DNA of 64,000 nt from Glaucostegus cemiculus (taxonomy: Eukaryota). The notes below the pieces were generated by a model. That model saw only the letters and a program-made list of their open reading frames with translations. It searched no databases and had not been told where the DNA came from. The DNA is taken from contig CDPCPM010000247.1 of NCBI GenBank assembly GCA_976551045.1, positions 2,542,001 through 2,606,000 on the forward strand, in the 5' to 3' direction. Position numbers and translations under genes: made by a program. Of the stretch, positions 52,095 to 64,000 are shown piece by piece (within the stretch, counting starts at the first letter, position 1; each line of letters opens with the position of its first letter).

Positions 52095-53290
52095 TAGAGA
52101 AACAAAGGACTGCAGATGCTGGAATATCTAGATGAAAAACACGATGATGCTGGAGGAACTCAGCAGGCCAGGTAGCATACGTGGGTCAGCAGGCGGTCAA
52201 CATTTCGGGTCAGGACCCTTCTTCAGGACTGAAGATAGGAAAAGGGGAGGCCCAATATATAGGAGGGAAAAGCAGGGCAGTGACAAAAGAGGTGAGGCAG
52301 GGTGGGCACAAGGTGGTGATAGGTAGATAGGTAAGAGATAGCGATAGGCAGGTGTAGGGTTGGGGAGAGCAGGAGAGCAGATCCACCAGGGGTTGGGTCA
52401 AAGGTAAGGAAGAAAAAAGGAGGGTAGAAAAAACAGATAGGCTAGGAAAGGGAAGAAAAGAAGAGGCAAGGCATGGTTGGTGGGGGTGGGGGTTGTGGGG
52501 ATTACTTAAAGTGGGAGAATTCAATGTTCATGCCATTGGGTTGTAAGGTCCCAGGACGGAAAATGAGATGCTGTTCCCCCAGTTTGCACTTGGACTTCTC
52601 CTGGCAGTGGAGGAGGTCGAAGACTGACATATCTGTGATGGAGTGGGAGGGGAAGTTGAAGTGACTGGCAATGGGGAAATATAGATCGCAGTTATGGACA
52701 GAGCATAGGGGTTCTGCAAAATGGTCACCTAGTCTGCGTTTGGTCTCACCGATGTAGTGGAGGCCACACTTGTAATACTGAATGCAGTAGATGATATTAG
52801 GGGAAGTGCAGGTAAATCTCTGTCTCACCTGAGAGGACTGTTTGGGTCCCTGGATAGAGGTAATGGAGGTAGTGTAGAGGCAGGTGTTGCACCTATGGCG
52901 GGGGCAGTGGAAAGTCCCCAGGGTGGGAATGGGATGTGTAGGGAGGGAAGAGTAAACTAGGGAGAGAGCAGTCCCTGCAAAAGGCAGAAAGGAGTGGGGA
53001 GGGGGAAATATGCTTGGTGGTGGGGTCCCATTGGAGATGGCTGAAGTGGTGGAGAATGATGTGTTGGATACATAGGCTGGTAGGATGAAATGTGAGGATC
53101 CTATCCCTGTTGGGTCTGAGAGGGGTGGGGGTGAGAGCAGAGGTGCAGGAAATGGCAGAGATGTGGGTGCGAGCTCTTTCAACCACAATAGGGGGAAAGC
53201 CACGGTTAGTAAAGAAGTTGGACGTCTTGGATATCCTGGAGTGGAAAGCCACATCACTGTGCACAGATGCAGTGGAGGTGGAGAAACTGA
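52095..53290 (-). mobile_element. Penelope-like retroelement, 5'-truncated: RT C-terminus, GIY-YIG endonuclease and pLTR
   Basis: ORF 52502-53308 ends RFTCTSPNIIYCIQ..CGLHYIGETKRRLGDHF..HF..H..EQHLIF..GTLQPNGMN, the PLE GIY-YIG signature. Confidence 0.92.
52194..52231 (-). ncRNA. Minimal type I hammerhead ribozyme motif in PLE terminus
   Basis: Minus strand reads CAGTC-CTGAAGA-AGGGTCCTGACCC-GAAAT-GTT-GACCG: CUGANGA and GAAA cores, stem II GGGTC/GACCC, stem I CAGTC/GACCG with one mismatch. Confidence 0.7.
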
Positions 53291-53294
53291 GAAG

Positions 53295-53652
53295 TTTGCA
53301 ATTTTCAATCATTGCAATTTCCTCCTCCTTTCTTTCTGCTTGTCATAGAACTGTCTACATTTGCCTGCCATTATTTTATTCTTACCTTTTTTTGTATTAA
53401 ACAAACCATACAACATTAGCAACACATCACACAAGGAAGCTTAATCTCATCCTAATTCTCCCATTATGTCAAACTATCAGAGAAATTCCCTTTGTTCTAC
53501 CCATCACCCTCCCCATCTTCTGTGGTACCTCAATTAACTTGTTTCCCTCTTTCTCGGGTCTATTGAAGGATTTTGGAGCTGAAATGTTAGGTGTTTCACT
53601 TTCCACAAAACTGCCTGATCTGCTGAGTTTTTCCAGCATTTTCTGTTTTCAA
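53295..53652 (+). mobile_element. Older PLE pLTR, opposite orientation to the adjacent PLE
   Basis: Ends ctgcctgatctgctgagtttttccagcattttctgttttc; similar to 62150-62420. Confidence 0.6.
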
Positions 53653-56484
53653 TAACACTGGTGTACAGTTAAAAGTTGGCTTAATCAGCAATATTTTGTC
53701 CATTTCTGGGTGCTTTAGAGCTTGTCAGAAACACCAACTCCTGACTTTTAGGGTGAGTTTCATTTGCTCTACAACTTTTTAGCATTAACATCAAAATTCC
53801 CCACATTTCAACAGTGATAGAGCAGCATGCAAAATTAATCTCAATAGTCTGAAAAGTAGTGACTCTTAATTAGTCACAGAACAATCAGATTTTACCAATC
53901 CCATTTGACCTTTGAAACTGTGTTATTTAATTGGTGTCATTAAACTTCATTCTTTGTCCTCACTGAGATCTGTGACCTTGTATCATCTCAAATATAATCT
54001 GGACTACTTTTGCAATGGAGGTCATGGTAACTCTCAGCTTCTGAGCCTTATGATCATTCCATACTGCTGTTGCTGATCTCTGCCACATCAGAAAGGCTTG
54101 CCATTCACTTTTGCACTGGGAATGTCACCCAAACTCCTTGCCTCACATCTACTTTTCCTTCCGCATACAAGAGCAGTCAGAGTGGGGTTCAGTGATTTGT
54201 CTGTCGGTCATTCATTGACTGCACTTGTTTTACTCCTTATAGAAACCCTCCTAGCAAGCTCCCACCAGGAATACTGGAGGATCTCCACTGATCCCTTGCA
54301 CAGAGTGTAAGCCTTCTGGGGCTTCACCAGCTTATCAAGCTCCCTTTGACCCTCTGGGAGAACTCTCTCACCCTCTCACTGCATCATCCATCAAGAAGCA
54401 ACAATCTGCTGAGGCTAGAGGTCTCTTTAAGAGCTGCCAACAGACATCAAACTTGCAAGGCTAAATGTTAGCAACTACAAGAACCTGAAATAGACCATTA
54501 GAAAGTGAGACAGTGCAGTGAAAAACAAAAAGGCCTATTCTCTGAATGTCACAATTGAAGATCTTTATCTATATGGGACTTTCATGAACAGAGATGACCC
54601 ACAATGCTGTTAGATAGCTAAAGCATGTAGTATTTGGTTAAAACAGAGGAAGGACACTTTTTCTCCCTTGTGATTGAAGTTATACCACATGGATCATTCC
54701 ATTAATCATAATAAAGACAAAATTAATTTTTTAGGAGTGATAAATGAATTGAAAATATGTGGACAGTCCTGCTTAGAATTCAATCTGGGACCTTTCTAAT
54801 TTACACCTACATTGCTCAATCAAATAAATTTCATTCCCCAAAATTAACTTGAATAGAACAGAAAATTAGAGGACACTATTTTATCCCAAATGAAAAACGT
54901 ATTAAAATTGCATTAACTACATGAAGCATGTAGAAACTTTTATCATTGTATTCTATAAATGGCCTAATATGTGGGTGTATTTTTAAAGAAAGGTGAACTT
55001 GGTAATGAGAATTAGGTAGAGGAAGGTAGTGAAGAAAATATCCACAGGATAAAAACATTATATTTAGTAATTAAAATAGCTTTTTGTCACTGTTGTTTAC
55101 CATCATATTTTTATAATTGTCCAGCTTGAGTTAAGTGTGATTTGAAAAATGAATAACTCATAATCCTTTTCCACTCTGACTAAAACTAACATCTTAGCAA
55201 TCTAATAATTTGGTGCACTTTATTGTACACTGTGATACTGAACAGAATAGAAAATGGATAATTTGTCAAATTACATTTGATTTTAAAATTGCTAACTTTG
55301 TGCAGTGTATAATCATAATTCAGTTAAATTGTACATTTTGTGATCAGTGATAAACAATACAATATACATCATTCACTGTTACTTTTATTGATTTCTACTT
55401 TCATTGAGGATATAAAGTATTTTTGATCAAACTTTATGAAATGGCTTCCCAGACACAGTGAACTAGATGTCAGAAGTGCCAACTGGAATATCAAATGTGA
55501 AGTTACCTTTTCTATTTTTCACATATTATTTTTAATTCTGGTTGTATTTTTAGAAGTGTTCAGTTTAAAACAACAGTAGACATATAGAAAAAACATCGTT
55601 CTCCAAAAGAATATTTTATAGAATTGATTCTAAAATATCTGATTCTGTTGTGCAGTTGGTGGATAAAACAATTCTGTTGCCCATCAGATGAAAGTGGACA
55701 GGAGTCCCTGAAGTAGTTTTATGTTGTGATATGAGTATTTCAGTGGCAAGCTAATTGTACCTTGGAAACAAAGTAACTTCATGACTGGAAGGTGATGTCT
55801 GTTAGCTGCCCAAAAACCCGAATTGGCTCATGCATCTTAATGGAGAAGGGAGGGCAGATTCAGTACTTCTTACCCATTCAAAAATATCCTTAGGAACTTT
55901 TTAATTGATTTTTTGAGCAGCCTGCAGCTGTCTTACAACTACTAATTGATTGAACATTCAATAACTTAATTAATTGCATAAGGGTCTTGTTGTTAAATTG
56001 AACCATTTTCTTCTTGGCTGATGAGATTCTTCCCTGTTTCTGGCAGGCACCTTTTCAAGACCCCACCAATATGGAAACAACCAAGACATCACTGGGAATA
56101 AAATAAAATGTTTTACTCTGTTATTTTTATTGTGCAACTGTCTTGTTGCCACAGAAAAGGGATCAGGTGGGGCAGGGGAGACACACTGTATTTTAAAAAG
56201 GCTGGGATTATGTGATAAAGTGAATCACAATTTTTTCACACAGCAGGCAAATCTCATTCCAACTTCATTATTTATATAGATCCTAAAGAAATTTCCAGGA
56301 AATCTGAGTGCATTTGTGAGCAATGAAGAAGTTTTAATAAGCCTTTCAGTGAGCTACTTGGTAGTAACAAAGATTCACCTATAGGATCTTGATAGGTTTT
56401 TCTATTCAGTTTTCATATTTTCTTTTACTATAATTGAGCATAGCAATAGGTCACAGTTTCAACTATTCACATATGATCTGATAT

Positions 56485-57625
56485 TTCTTCAGCAAGGCTT
56501 TTGATGAGGTCTCGCATGGTAGGCTGGACCAGAAAGTTAGGGTACATAGGACCCAAGGTGTTTTGGCAAACTGCATCCAAAATTGGAAGCAGAGCATAGT
56601 GGTGGAGGGTTGGCTTTCTTATTGGAAGTCTGTAACCAGTGGTTCAGCGCTTAAGCCTTTGTCACTTATCATATAATTTATATATAAAAGACTTGGATAA
56701 GATTGACTGTAGTCTGATAGTTAAGTTAGCTGACAATACAAAGGTTGGTGGAGTTGTAGATAACGAGAATGTTTGCCTATGGATACAGAAAGACATAGAT
56801 CAGCTGTAAAGTTGGGTAGATCAGTGACAGATAGAATTTAATCCACGTGTGAAGTAATGCATTTTGGGTTGTCTAATACTGGCAAGACATAGACAGTAAA
56901 CAGCAGGAACCTCAGAAACATTAATGTAGAGAGGGATCTTTGGTGCAAGTTCATAGTTCCCAGAAAATTGTGACACAGGTGGATAAGGTCATGAAGATGA
57001 TGTTTAGCTTGCTTGGCTTCTTAGGCAAATGTATAAGAGTTGGAATATCACACTGCAGCTGTACCAGATATTGCTTATGCCACACTTGGAATATTGTGTG
57101 CAGTTCTGGTCACCACACAGGATGTAGTAGTGCTAGCATGAGTGCAGAAGAGATTCACCAGGATATTGCCTGAAATGGAGGGCTTTAGTTACAAAAAGAG
57201 ATTGAATAGGCTGGGATTGTTCTCAATGAAGCGCAGGAAACTGAGGGGTGACCTCATAGAGGTTTATAAAGTTATGAGGGGCATCAATAGGGTAGATAAT
57301 CACAGTCTTTCTTCAAGGGTAGGGAAGTCTAAAATGAGAGGACAAGGTTTAAGGTGAAAGGGGAAATATTTAAAAGGAGAGCTGCAGAGCAAGTTTTTCC
57401 ACACAGAAGGTGGTGGGTATACAGAACAAGCTACAAAGTTGGTGGTAGAGGTAGGTATAATCACAGCACTTTAAAAGTATTTGGACAGGTACATGGATAA
57501 GAAAGGAATAGAAGGAAATGGGCCAAATGCAGGAAAATAGGATTCGCATAGAGTGACATGGCCGTCGGGCCAAAGGGTCTGTTTCTGTACTGAACATCTT
57601 CATAACTCCAAGACTCTATGACTCA
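56485..57625 (+). mobile_element. CR1 LINE 3' fragment (decayed)
   Basis: FSKAFDEV, KLADNTK and QKRFTRILPEMEGFSYKKRLNRLGLFS; tail gactctatgactc. Confidence 0.85.
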
Positions 57626-58340
57626 TTGTCAGAACACTGTAACTCTTTGAAATAACAAATTGTATCATGGAAAATGAACAAATGAGCCACACTCTGAATA
57701 AACAACATAATTTTACAATAAAGGGACAGTAGATTTGACGTTGTTGAATGTTATTGAAAGGTTACGTTCACCTCAGTGATGAACTTAACTTTGCTTAACT
57801 GTGCTTAACTTTGAACATTTTCACAGATCTTCTTTCACTATAATAGAGCAGAGCAACAGGTAATGGCTTTAATCATCCACAATTGGAGGGCAACTCATAG
57901 ATCATCATAAAGTAGAATCACTTTTCAACTGGTAACCAAGTGTTTAATTTAAATCTCAGTAATTACAAACAACAGAGCTATGAGGGATGGGTTGGCCTGT
58001 TTATGTCTAAAAAGCTACCTTAAAATGTATGATGGTGGAGAAGCAAGGCTATGATTTTTGACAGAAGAAATTAAAGAGAGTATTAAATCCAAGAAAGATG
58101 TTTATAAAGTTGCCAGAAATAGCATTAGGCCTGAGAACAGGGAGCAAGAAGTTGGTAGATAAAGGGAATATATAATATGAGAGTAAACTGGTGAGAAACA
58201 TAAAAAGGGATTATAAGAGCTTCCATCGGTGTATAAAAGGAAAAGATTAGTGGGAGCAAGTATGGGTCCTTTACAGAGAGAGGTGGGAGAATTTATAATG
58301 GGGTTTAAAGAAATGGGGAAAAAATTTAAACAAGTACTTT

Positions 58341-58590
58341 TAAGTTTAAGTTTATTTACAGCGTGGTAACAGACCCTTTCGGCCCAATGAGTCCGCGCCA
58401 CCCACTTTAAACCCCCAATTTAACCTACCCGTACGTCTTTTAGGAATGTGGGAGGAAACCGGAGCACCCGGAGGAAACCCACGCAGACACGGGAGAACGT
58501 ACAAACTCCTTACAGACAGCGACGGGAATCAAACCCCGATCGCTGGCGCTGTAACAGCGTCACGCTAACCGCTATGCTATCGTGCCGCCC
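58341..58590 (-). mobile_element. Young V-SINE (HE1-like) with CR1 tail
   Basis: Reverse complement: gggcggcacgatagcatagcggttagcgtgacgctgttacagcgccagcg..gtttgattcccg, V core, CR1-type tail gggccgaaagggtctgttacc and (aaactt)n end; very CpG-rich. Confidence 0.9.
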
Positions 58591-58641
58591 TTTATTCTGC
58601 TTTAACGGAAGACAGAGAAGATCAGCTAAAATACTATTTTT

Positions 58642-58986
58642 TGGACAGCACAATGGTGTAGCTAGTAGAAATGTTGCCTCGTAGCTCCAGCCACCTGGGT
58701 TCAATCCTGATCTCTGGTCTCTGTGGAGATTGCACATATTCCATGAGACTGCTTGGGAATCCTCTGGTTTCTTCTCATGTACCTATGGCATGTAGGTTGG
58801 TAGGTATACTGGCCATGTGTATTATCCCTAATATGGAAGTGTGTGTTGGAATCTGGTGAGTTTTTAAAGGAATGTGGGAGAATACAATGGAATTAGTGTG
58901 GGATTAATGTAAATAGATGCTTGCTAGTCAGTGTGGGCCAGGTGGGCTGAAAGGCCCCTTTCTGTGCTATGTGGCTCTATAATCTG
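58642..58986 (+). mobile_element. Older tRNA-derived SINE with CR1 tail
   Basis: tggtgtagctagtaga..gggttcaatcctg (A/B boxes) and tail gggctgaaaggcccctttctgtgctatgtggctctat. Confidence 0.72.
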
Positions 58987-59984
58987 AGAGCCAAGAGTCT
59001 AGTGAGAACAAGGAACTGACTTAAATAGTATTAACAAAAAATAAAACTGGAGAAGTTGACAAGACTGAAAGCCAATCATTACAAAGGACCCAATGACCCA
59101 CAGTCCAAACTTTTGGATGTACTGATACTATCTTCCACAACTCTGTTGATGCTTTAATGGTTCCTGCAAATTGGAGGGAGCAAATGTGATTTGCTATTTA
59201 AGAAAGGAGGGAGAGAGAAAAGAAGGGCCAGCATAAGGAGGAATTAAAGTAGATGCAATGCATTCTGATTTTGTGAAGGCTTTCACACGGTTCCACACAA
59301 GAGTTTGGTCAACAAGGTAAGGGGGTAAGGGCACATGGAGCTGAGGGCAATGCACCAGCATGGTTTGAAAATTATATATTAGACAGAAAGCTAAGATTAG
59401 AACTAAACAGGAATTTCTCAGGTTGGCAGGCAATAAGTAGTGGGTTAGCTCATGGATCAGTGGTTGGACCCCAGCTATTCACAATCTATAACAATAATTT
59501 TGCTGAGGAGACCAAATTCCTTATTTCCAAGATTGCTGAATATACAAAACCAGATGAGATTGTGAGCAAACAGGACAATGTAAAGAGGCTGAAAGAAGAT
59601 TTAAACAAGCTAAGTGAGTGGGCAATGACACTGCACATGCAACGTAACGTGGAAAAATGTGAGGTCATCCACTTTGATGCACAATAAGAAAAGCAGAATA
59701 TTTTTTAAAACAGTGTTTAGGTTCAATGGGACCCACTTCTACACAAGTCACTAAAAGCTAACATGTAGATTCTATAAACTGGAAGGGAAATTGTTTGGTG
59801 TTACAGTGCAGGTGCTGGAATCTGGAGCAACACACAAGACGCTGGCGGAAGTCATTATATTTCAGTATATCGGAAGCACTGGTGTCAAAGTAGGTGCTGT
59901 CAGACCAGATACAGCAGATTTAGAGAAATTGGACAGTGAATTGCTAACAGGAAAGGTAGTCAAAGTAGCTTCAGAAATCTTAAA

Positions 59985-60760
59985 TAAAAACAGAAAATGC
60001 TCATATTCCTCAGAAAGCCAGCAGTTAAGAGAAACAGAGTTCGCATTTAAGGTCGAATACCTTTCAACAGATCCGGGAAAGTGAGAAAACAAGTTAGCTT
60101 AATCATGCTGGGCAAATCCTTGGGCTTATAGTGGATACTCACCAGTACCTATCCCCTGAAATGGAGAGAAAGGGAAAGAAAGCTTCAGGGGAGGACAGTG
60201 TGAAAGTGAGATCATGATGCATGGTGGCAGCAAAGGTGATGAAACATTTGAGTTCTGTCTGAGAGCAGGAAGTAACACCAATATAGTCATGAATGTACTG
60301 GAAAAAGAGGTGAGGGAAGGAATCCCGAATAGAACTGAAACAAGGAGTGGTCCACATAAACCAGAAAGATACAAGCATAGCTTGAATCTGTATGGTTTCC
60401 ATAGCTACACTTTACATGAGGAGGAACGATGGAGTTAAAGAAGTGAAAATAAATTCAACAGGTGAACAAGGGAAGGTCCTCAGGCCATACTGGTGTAGTA
60501 TGGAGGTGTACAAAATTTGGACATCCATGCTGAAAATGACTCAATTAAGGCCAGTAAATTGCAAACTGATAAAATGACAGAGATTGGGGAACTATGAAGC
60601 TGGAGATGGAAGGAAAATCCCCAGAGTAAATGAGTTCAGTGACAGTCTGGAAATAATGGTCAAATGTTCAACGGTGGGGCCAATGTCCAGCAGCTGGTAT
60701 TCATTCTGACCAAGATATAAATCAGTTTACCAAATGACAACTGCAATGCTCTTGTAAGAT
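59985..60760 (-). mobile_element. Decayed PLE (RT fragment plus terminus)
   Basis: Minus ORF 60139-60402, METIQIQAMLVSF..FFQYIHDYIG (YIDD-like); terminus aaataaaaacagaaaatgct. Confidence 0.6.
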
Positions 60761-60839
60761 TATTTGATGACAATATTGTCATTGCACCTGAGTGAGAAGA
60801 GTGCAGGAGAGACAAATTGAATTTTGGGCCAAGAACAAC

Positions 60840-62420
60840 CAGGATCCTGATACACCTGCATCTGACACCATTGCATCCTGAAAACCTTTGGCTTGAGCTT
60901 CAACCAGCCTCCTCAACTACCACCCTCCTTCATCTGCATGAACTTGGATTTTATATTGAGCAACTTCTCCATTAAATCCACTCACTTCCTCAAACTAAAC
61001 AATGGAGTCATGAGAACAGTCTTTGTGGGAATAGTGGAACATTCCTTACCTCAGGTCAGCCACCTCACTACTTCTTTCAATGCATTGATGACTGCATTGA
61101 CGTTATTTGCTGCTCTCATACAGAACTTGAAAGTTTGTCACCCTGCATGCACTTTTATGTGGTCAGTGTTTTGTTTCTCTTCCTCAACTTCCCTATTTCG
61201 GGGACTAGCAACTAGTATGCACTACAAGTTCATCAATTCCCACAGCTACCTTACATACAAATACTCCAACCAGGTTTCCTGTTAGGACTTCATGGTGGGA
61301 GTATTTGTATGTAAGGTAGCTTCCTTGTGTCTATTGTATCTTCTCAGATGTATCATCTTCCATATCAATATGTCATTTTCATCAACCATCACTGTAGTTG
61401 GGACGGGTCTAAAATGCATCAATTTCATTTTCTGCACTTCTGGTGTCACTCCATCTCTCCCTATCCAGAACAAGGATAGAGTTTCCCTTCACCTTTCACT
61501 CCACCAGCCTCGATATTCAGCAGATCTGTAATTCCTGACAACTCCAACATGGTGCCACCACCAGACATATCTTCTACTCTCCTCCCTTTCCAGCATTCCA
61601 AAGGAACCGTTCTGCCCAGGAAGCTCTGTCTTACTCTTCCACATCCACCAATACCATTTCCTTTCTCATAGCTCCTTCCCATGCATCCTTATGACATACT
61701 GTACATCCCCTACCCTTATAACTCTTTTTCCTGATGAAGCAGCAAATTACTTGTAATTATTTAAATTTAGTATACTGCATCAAGTTTTATGATATAGTCT
61801 CCTCCACACAGGGAAAACAAAGCACAGATTGGATAACCAATGTGCAGAAAAACTCTGTAAAATCTGAAAGGATGACCGTGAGCTTCCAGCTGCCTGTCAC
61901 TTTAATCATCCATCCTGCTTTGACATACCTCTTTTTGATCACCTGTAGTGTTCCAACAAAGTTCAACGCGGACATAAGGAACATTGAATCATCTCCCGAC
62001 TTTCAGATCACAACCTTCTGTACTCAACATTGAATTCAACAACCATTCTTGGATGTTACATTTCCAGCATTCTGCTTTTTCTCTCTCTCCTCTTTTGGTA
62101 ATTTCATTCATCTCCTTTTATTAGCACAGTAACTCCCGAGGATGACAACTTCCATTATTCACTATCCTTTACCATCCTCTTTCAACTGCTATTACAACCA
62201 TGTGTCATTTAATCTCTCCTAGTCTCTACGTTATCACAGACCTTCCCTTTTGTTGTCTTTCCCTCCACTTACTCTGCAAATTAAAACTTGTTCTGATAAA
62301 AAGTCATTGATTTGAAAGAACAACACTGGTTTCCTAGCCACAGATAATGCCTGACTTGCTGAGTATTCCCAGAATTTTCTCATTATTTCATATTTCCACC
62401 TTTTGAAGCATTTTGCTTGT
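60840..62420 (+). mobile_element. Decayed PLE (RT, GIY-YIG, pLTR)
   Basis: FFQCIDDCI-like motif near 61075, HYKFINSHSYL, KQQITCNYLNLVYCI; terminus gcctgacttgctgagtattcccagaattttc. Confidence 0.65.
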
Positions 62421-63004
62421 GGACTGTTCCATGTGTGAAGAGATGAGCTATGAGAAAGTAATTATAACAATCCAATATCACAAGTCAATAAAAAATGGCC
62501 TGGAATCTTTTTGGCAGAATTCTGCTGTAATCCTGCTGGCAAAACTGTTCCCTTGAATCACTGTTCAAAGGAACAGACAAAATCTCAGCAGGTCCTGATC
62601 TTTTACTTTGTTGATGTATATGGGTGGCCTTGAAAAGGAAGGGTCTCTTGGTTTTATAAAACTAATGATGTGGAAAAAAAAAAATGAGGGACAGTGATAA
62701 AGACTCCCAAGATTGAAACCTGCACAAATGTGCCAGGCAGATCAAGCCAAAAGAGACAGAATTGTAATATTAATAATATGGAAAAATAAAGAATATTCTA
62801 AGAAGTTCTCAGAGTTGATGAAGTACTTACAACGACAGACATGTGCTACTTCAGCTTTTTTCTAAACCAGTAATTGTTGGAGATTTACCTTTTTAAAAAA
62901 AATTAGTTGCTCTATTTGCTTACTACAGTACAGTGTTAGCTATGAAATGTGACCACATACAGACCATCAGCCCAGGAGAAAGTCAATTAAAATGGAAATG
63001 AATC

Positions 63005-63240
63005 AGAATTTCTTCTTGCAGAGAATGGTGAATTGCTGGAAGTTTCTACCTCACGGAACTGTGGAGGTTAGATTACTGGAGGTATTTCAAGAGGAGCTAG
63101 ATAAATTTTTGAAAGATTGGGGAATTGAGAACCAAGGGGAACTGGCATAGAAGAAGAAGTGAGGCCTGGGGCAGATCAGCCATGATTGTATTGAACTATA
63201 GGGCAAGCTCCTGCTCCTATTTGCTTGTGTTCTTATGAAT
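63005..63240 (+). mobile_element. CR1 3' end fragment
   Basis: FFLQRMVNCWKFLP..EVFQEELDKFL plus UTR gatcagccatgat..ctcctgctcctatt. Confidence 0.75.
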
Positions 63241-64000
63241 AATATAGGGGGCTCATTTGTGTAAAACATATGTGCTTATCTATTTCCAAATGCACCCAGA
63301 TATAATCTACATTCACCATTTGCAGTTTAGTGGTAAGATCAACATTCTCATTAGTAAATGATACAATGGCACAATTTACACTGATGCAATCCGTGAGGTA
63401 TTAACATAGTGTGATTAGACTTGTACCTAACCATTCCCATTTGCCTGTTTCATCACAAACTTCCAAGGTACCTAGTAATGTTTTTGTAAACTGTTAAGAT
63501 GAATAGGGCCTATGCAGTAAACCTTCTGTGATCAGCATTCTGAAGCACTGAAGTAATAGAAAATTCTGCAGTAACTTCTTCAACCAGAGAAGTAGGAACT
63601 GAGGTATTACCCAACAAAATGATGTGGTAATAGTCTTTATGAAAGTCACTCAATGCAATGCAAGTTGTAAAGAATTGCCACATTCAAAAATTCAGTAGGA
63701 GAGGCTCATCTACAGCATGGTGATTCTATGTTTGTGACTAAAGATCTCTTTTTTTAAAGGAACCCCCACAAAATTAAATATGATCCCATGTTACCTGCAG
63801 AACATGATTCCAAATATGGAAAAAGATGATCAGTTATTATACGACCTGTGAAGTACTACCTGATATTTATTTTACTGACACCATTTAGGTCCACGTGATA
63901 GTACCACAACTTGTTTAAATATTCAGGGTGGAAAATCCATTTGCTGCACCTGTGCCAGATTAACAGGATCCACAGGTTCATTGATTTCAATGAGAAAATA

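Larger units (their letters stand above)
58060..59770 (+). mobile_element. Old CR1 LINE in pieces, with two SINE insertions
   Basis: VGPQLFTIY..SKIAEYTK..NVEKCEVIHF (ORF 59460-59687) and upstream GPLQREVGEFIMG. Confidence 0.6.

Noticed and set aside
52502-53308. Stand-alone GIY-YIG homing endonuclease gene
   Set aside because: It is the frameshifted C-terminus of a Penelope ORF; the N-terminal part of this ORF is out-of-frame RT-region sequence.
58490-58590. tRNA gene
   Set aside because: tRNA-derived SINE head continuous with a V core and CR1 tail; no complete cloverleaf evident.
45007-64000. Upstream exon (equivalent to exon 4, ..AYLRNGWN..)
   Set aside because: No matching coding sequence found by eye or in the ORF track; probably beyond the window, though a miss cannot be fully excluded.

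Overview
Eukaryotic (vertebrate) genomic DNA, most likely a cartilaginous fish; this is inferred from the repeat complement of HER1/CR1 LINEs, V-SINEs, Rex1/Babar, RTE-BovB and Penelope-like elements. The window is the interior of an L-type voltage-gated calcium channel alpha-1 gene on the minus strand, best matching CACNA1C (CaV1.2). Three coding exons (45006-44876, 35730-35578, 4440-4247) have canonical AG/GT sites and compatible phases, and encode the domain I S3-S4 linker/S4, S5 and pore loop. The rest is intron, roughly half of it decayed and often nested transposon copies; almost all other ORFs in the track are retroelement fragments or noise. I found no prokaryotic-type system (CRISPR, operon, defence locus). 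The most notable signals are: minimal hammerhead-ribozyme motifs at Penelope element ends, one near-intact on the pre-mRNA strand; a Rex1 copy inserted in opposite orientation into a Rex1 copy at almost the homologous position; V-SINEs with the same head but different LINE-derived tails; a perfect 19-bp hairpin hiding a consensus splice donor; a solo LTR with TSD; and a pogo/Tigger-like MITE family with an internal 35-bp minisatellite. Repeat boundaries were read by eye and are approximate unless a TSD is given.
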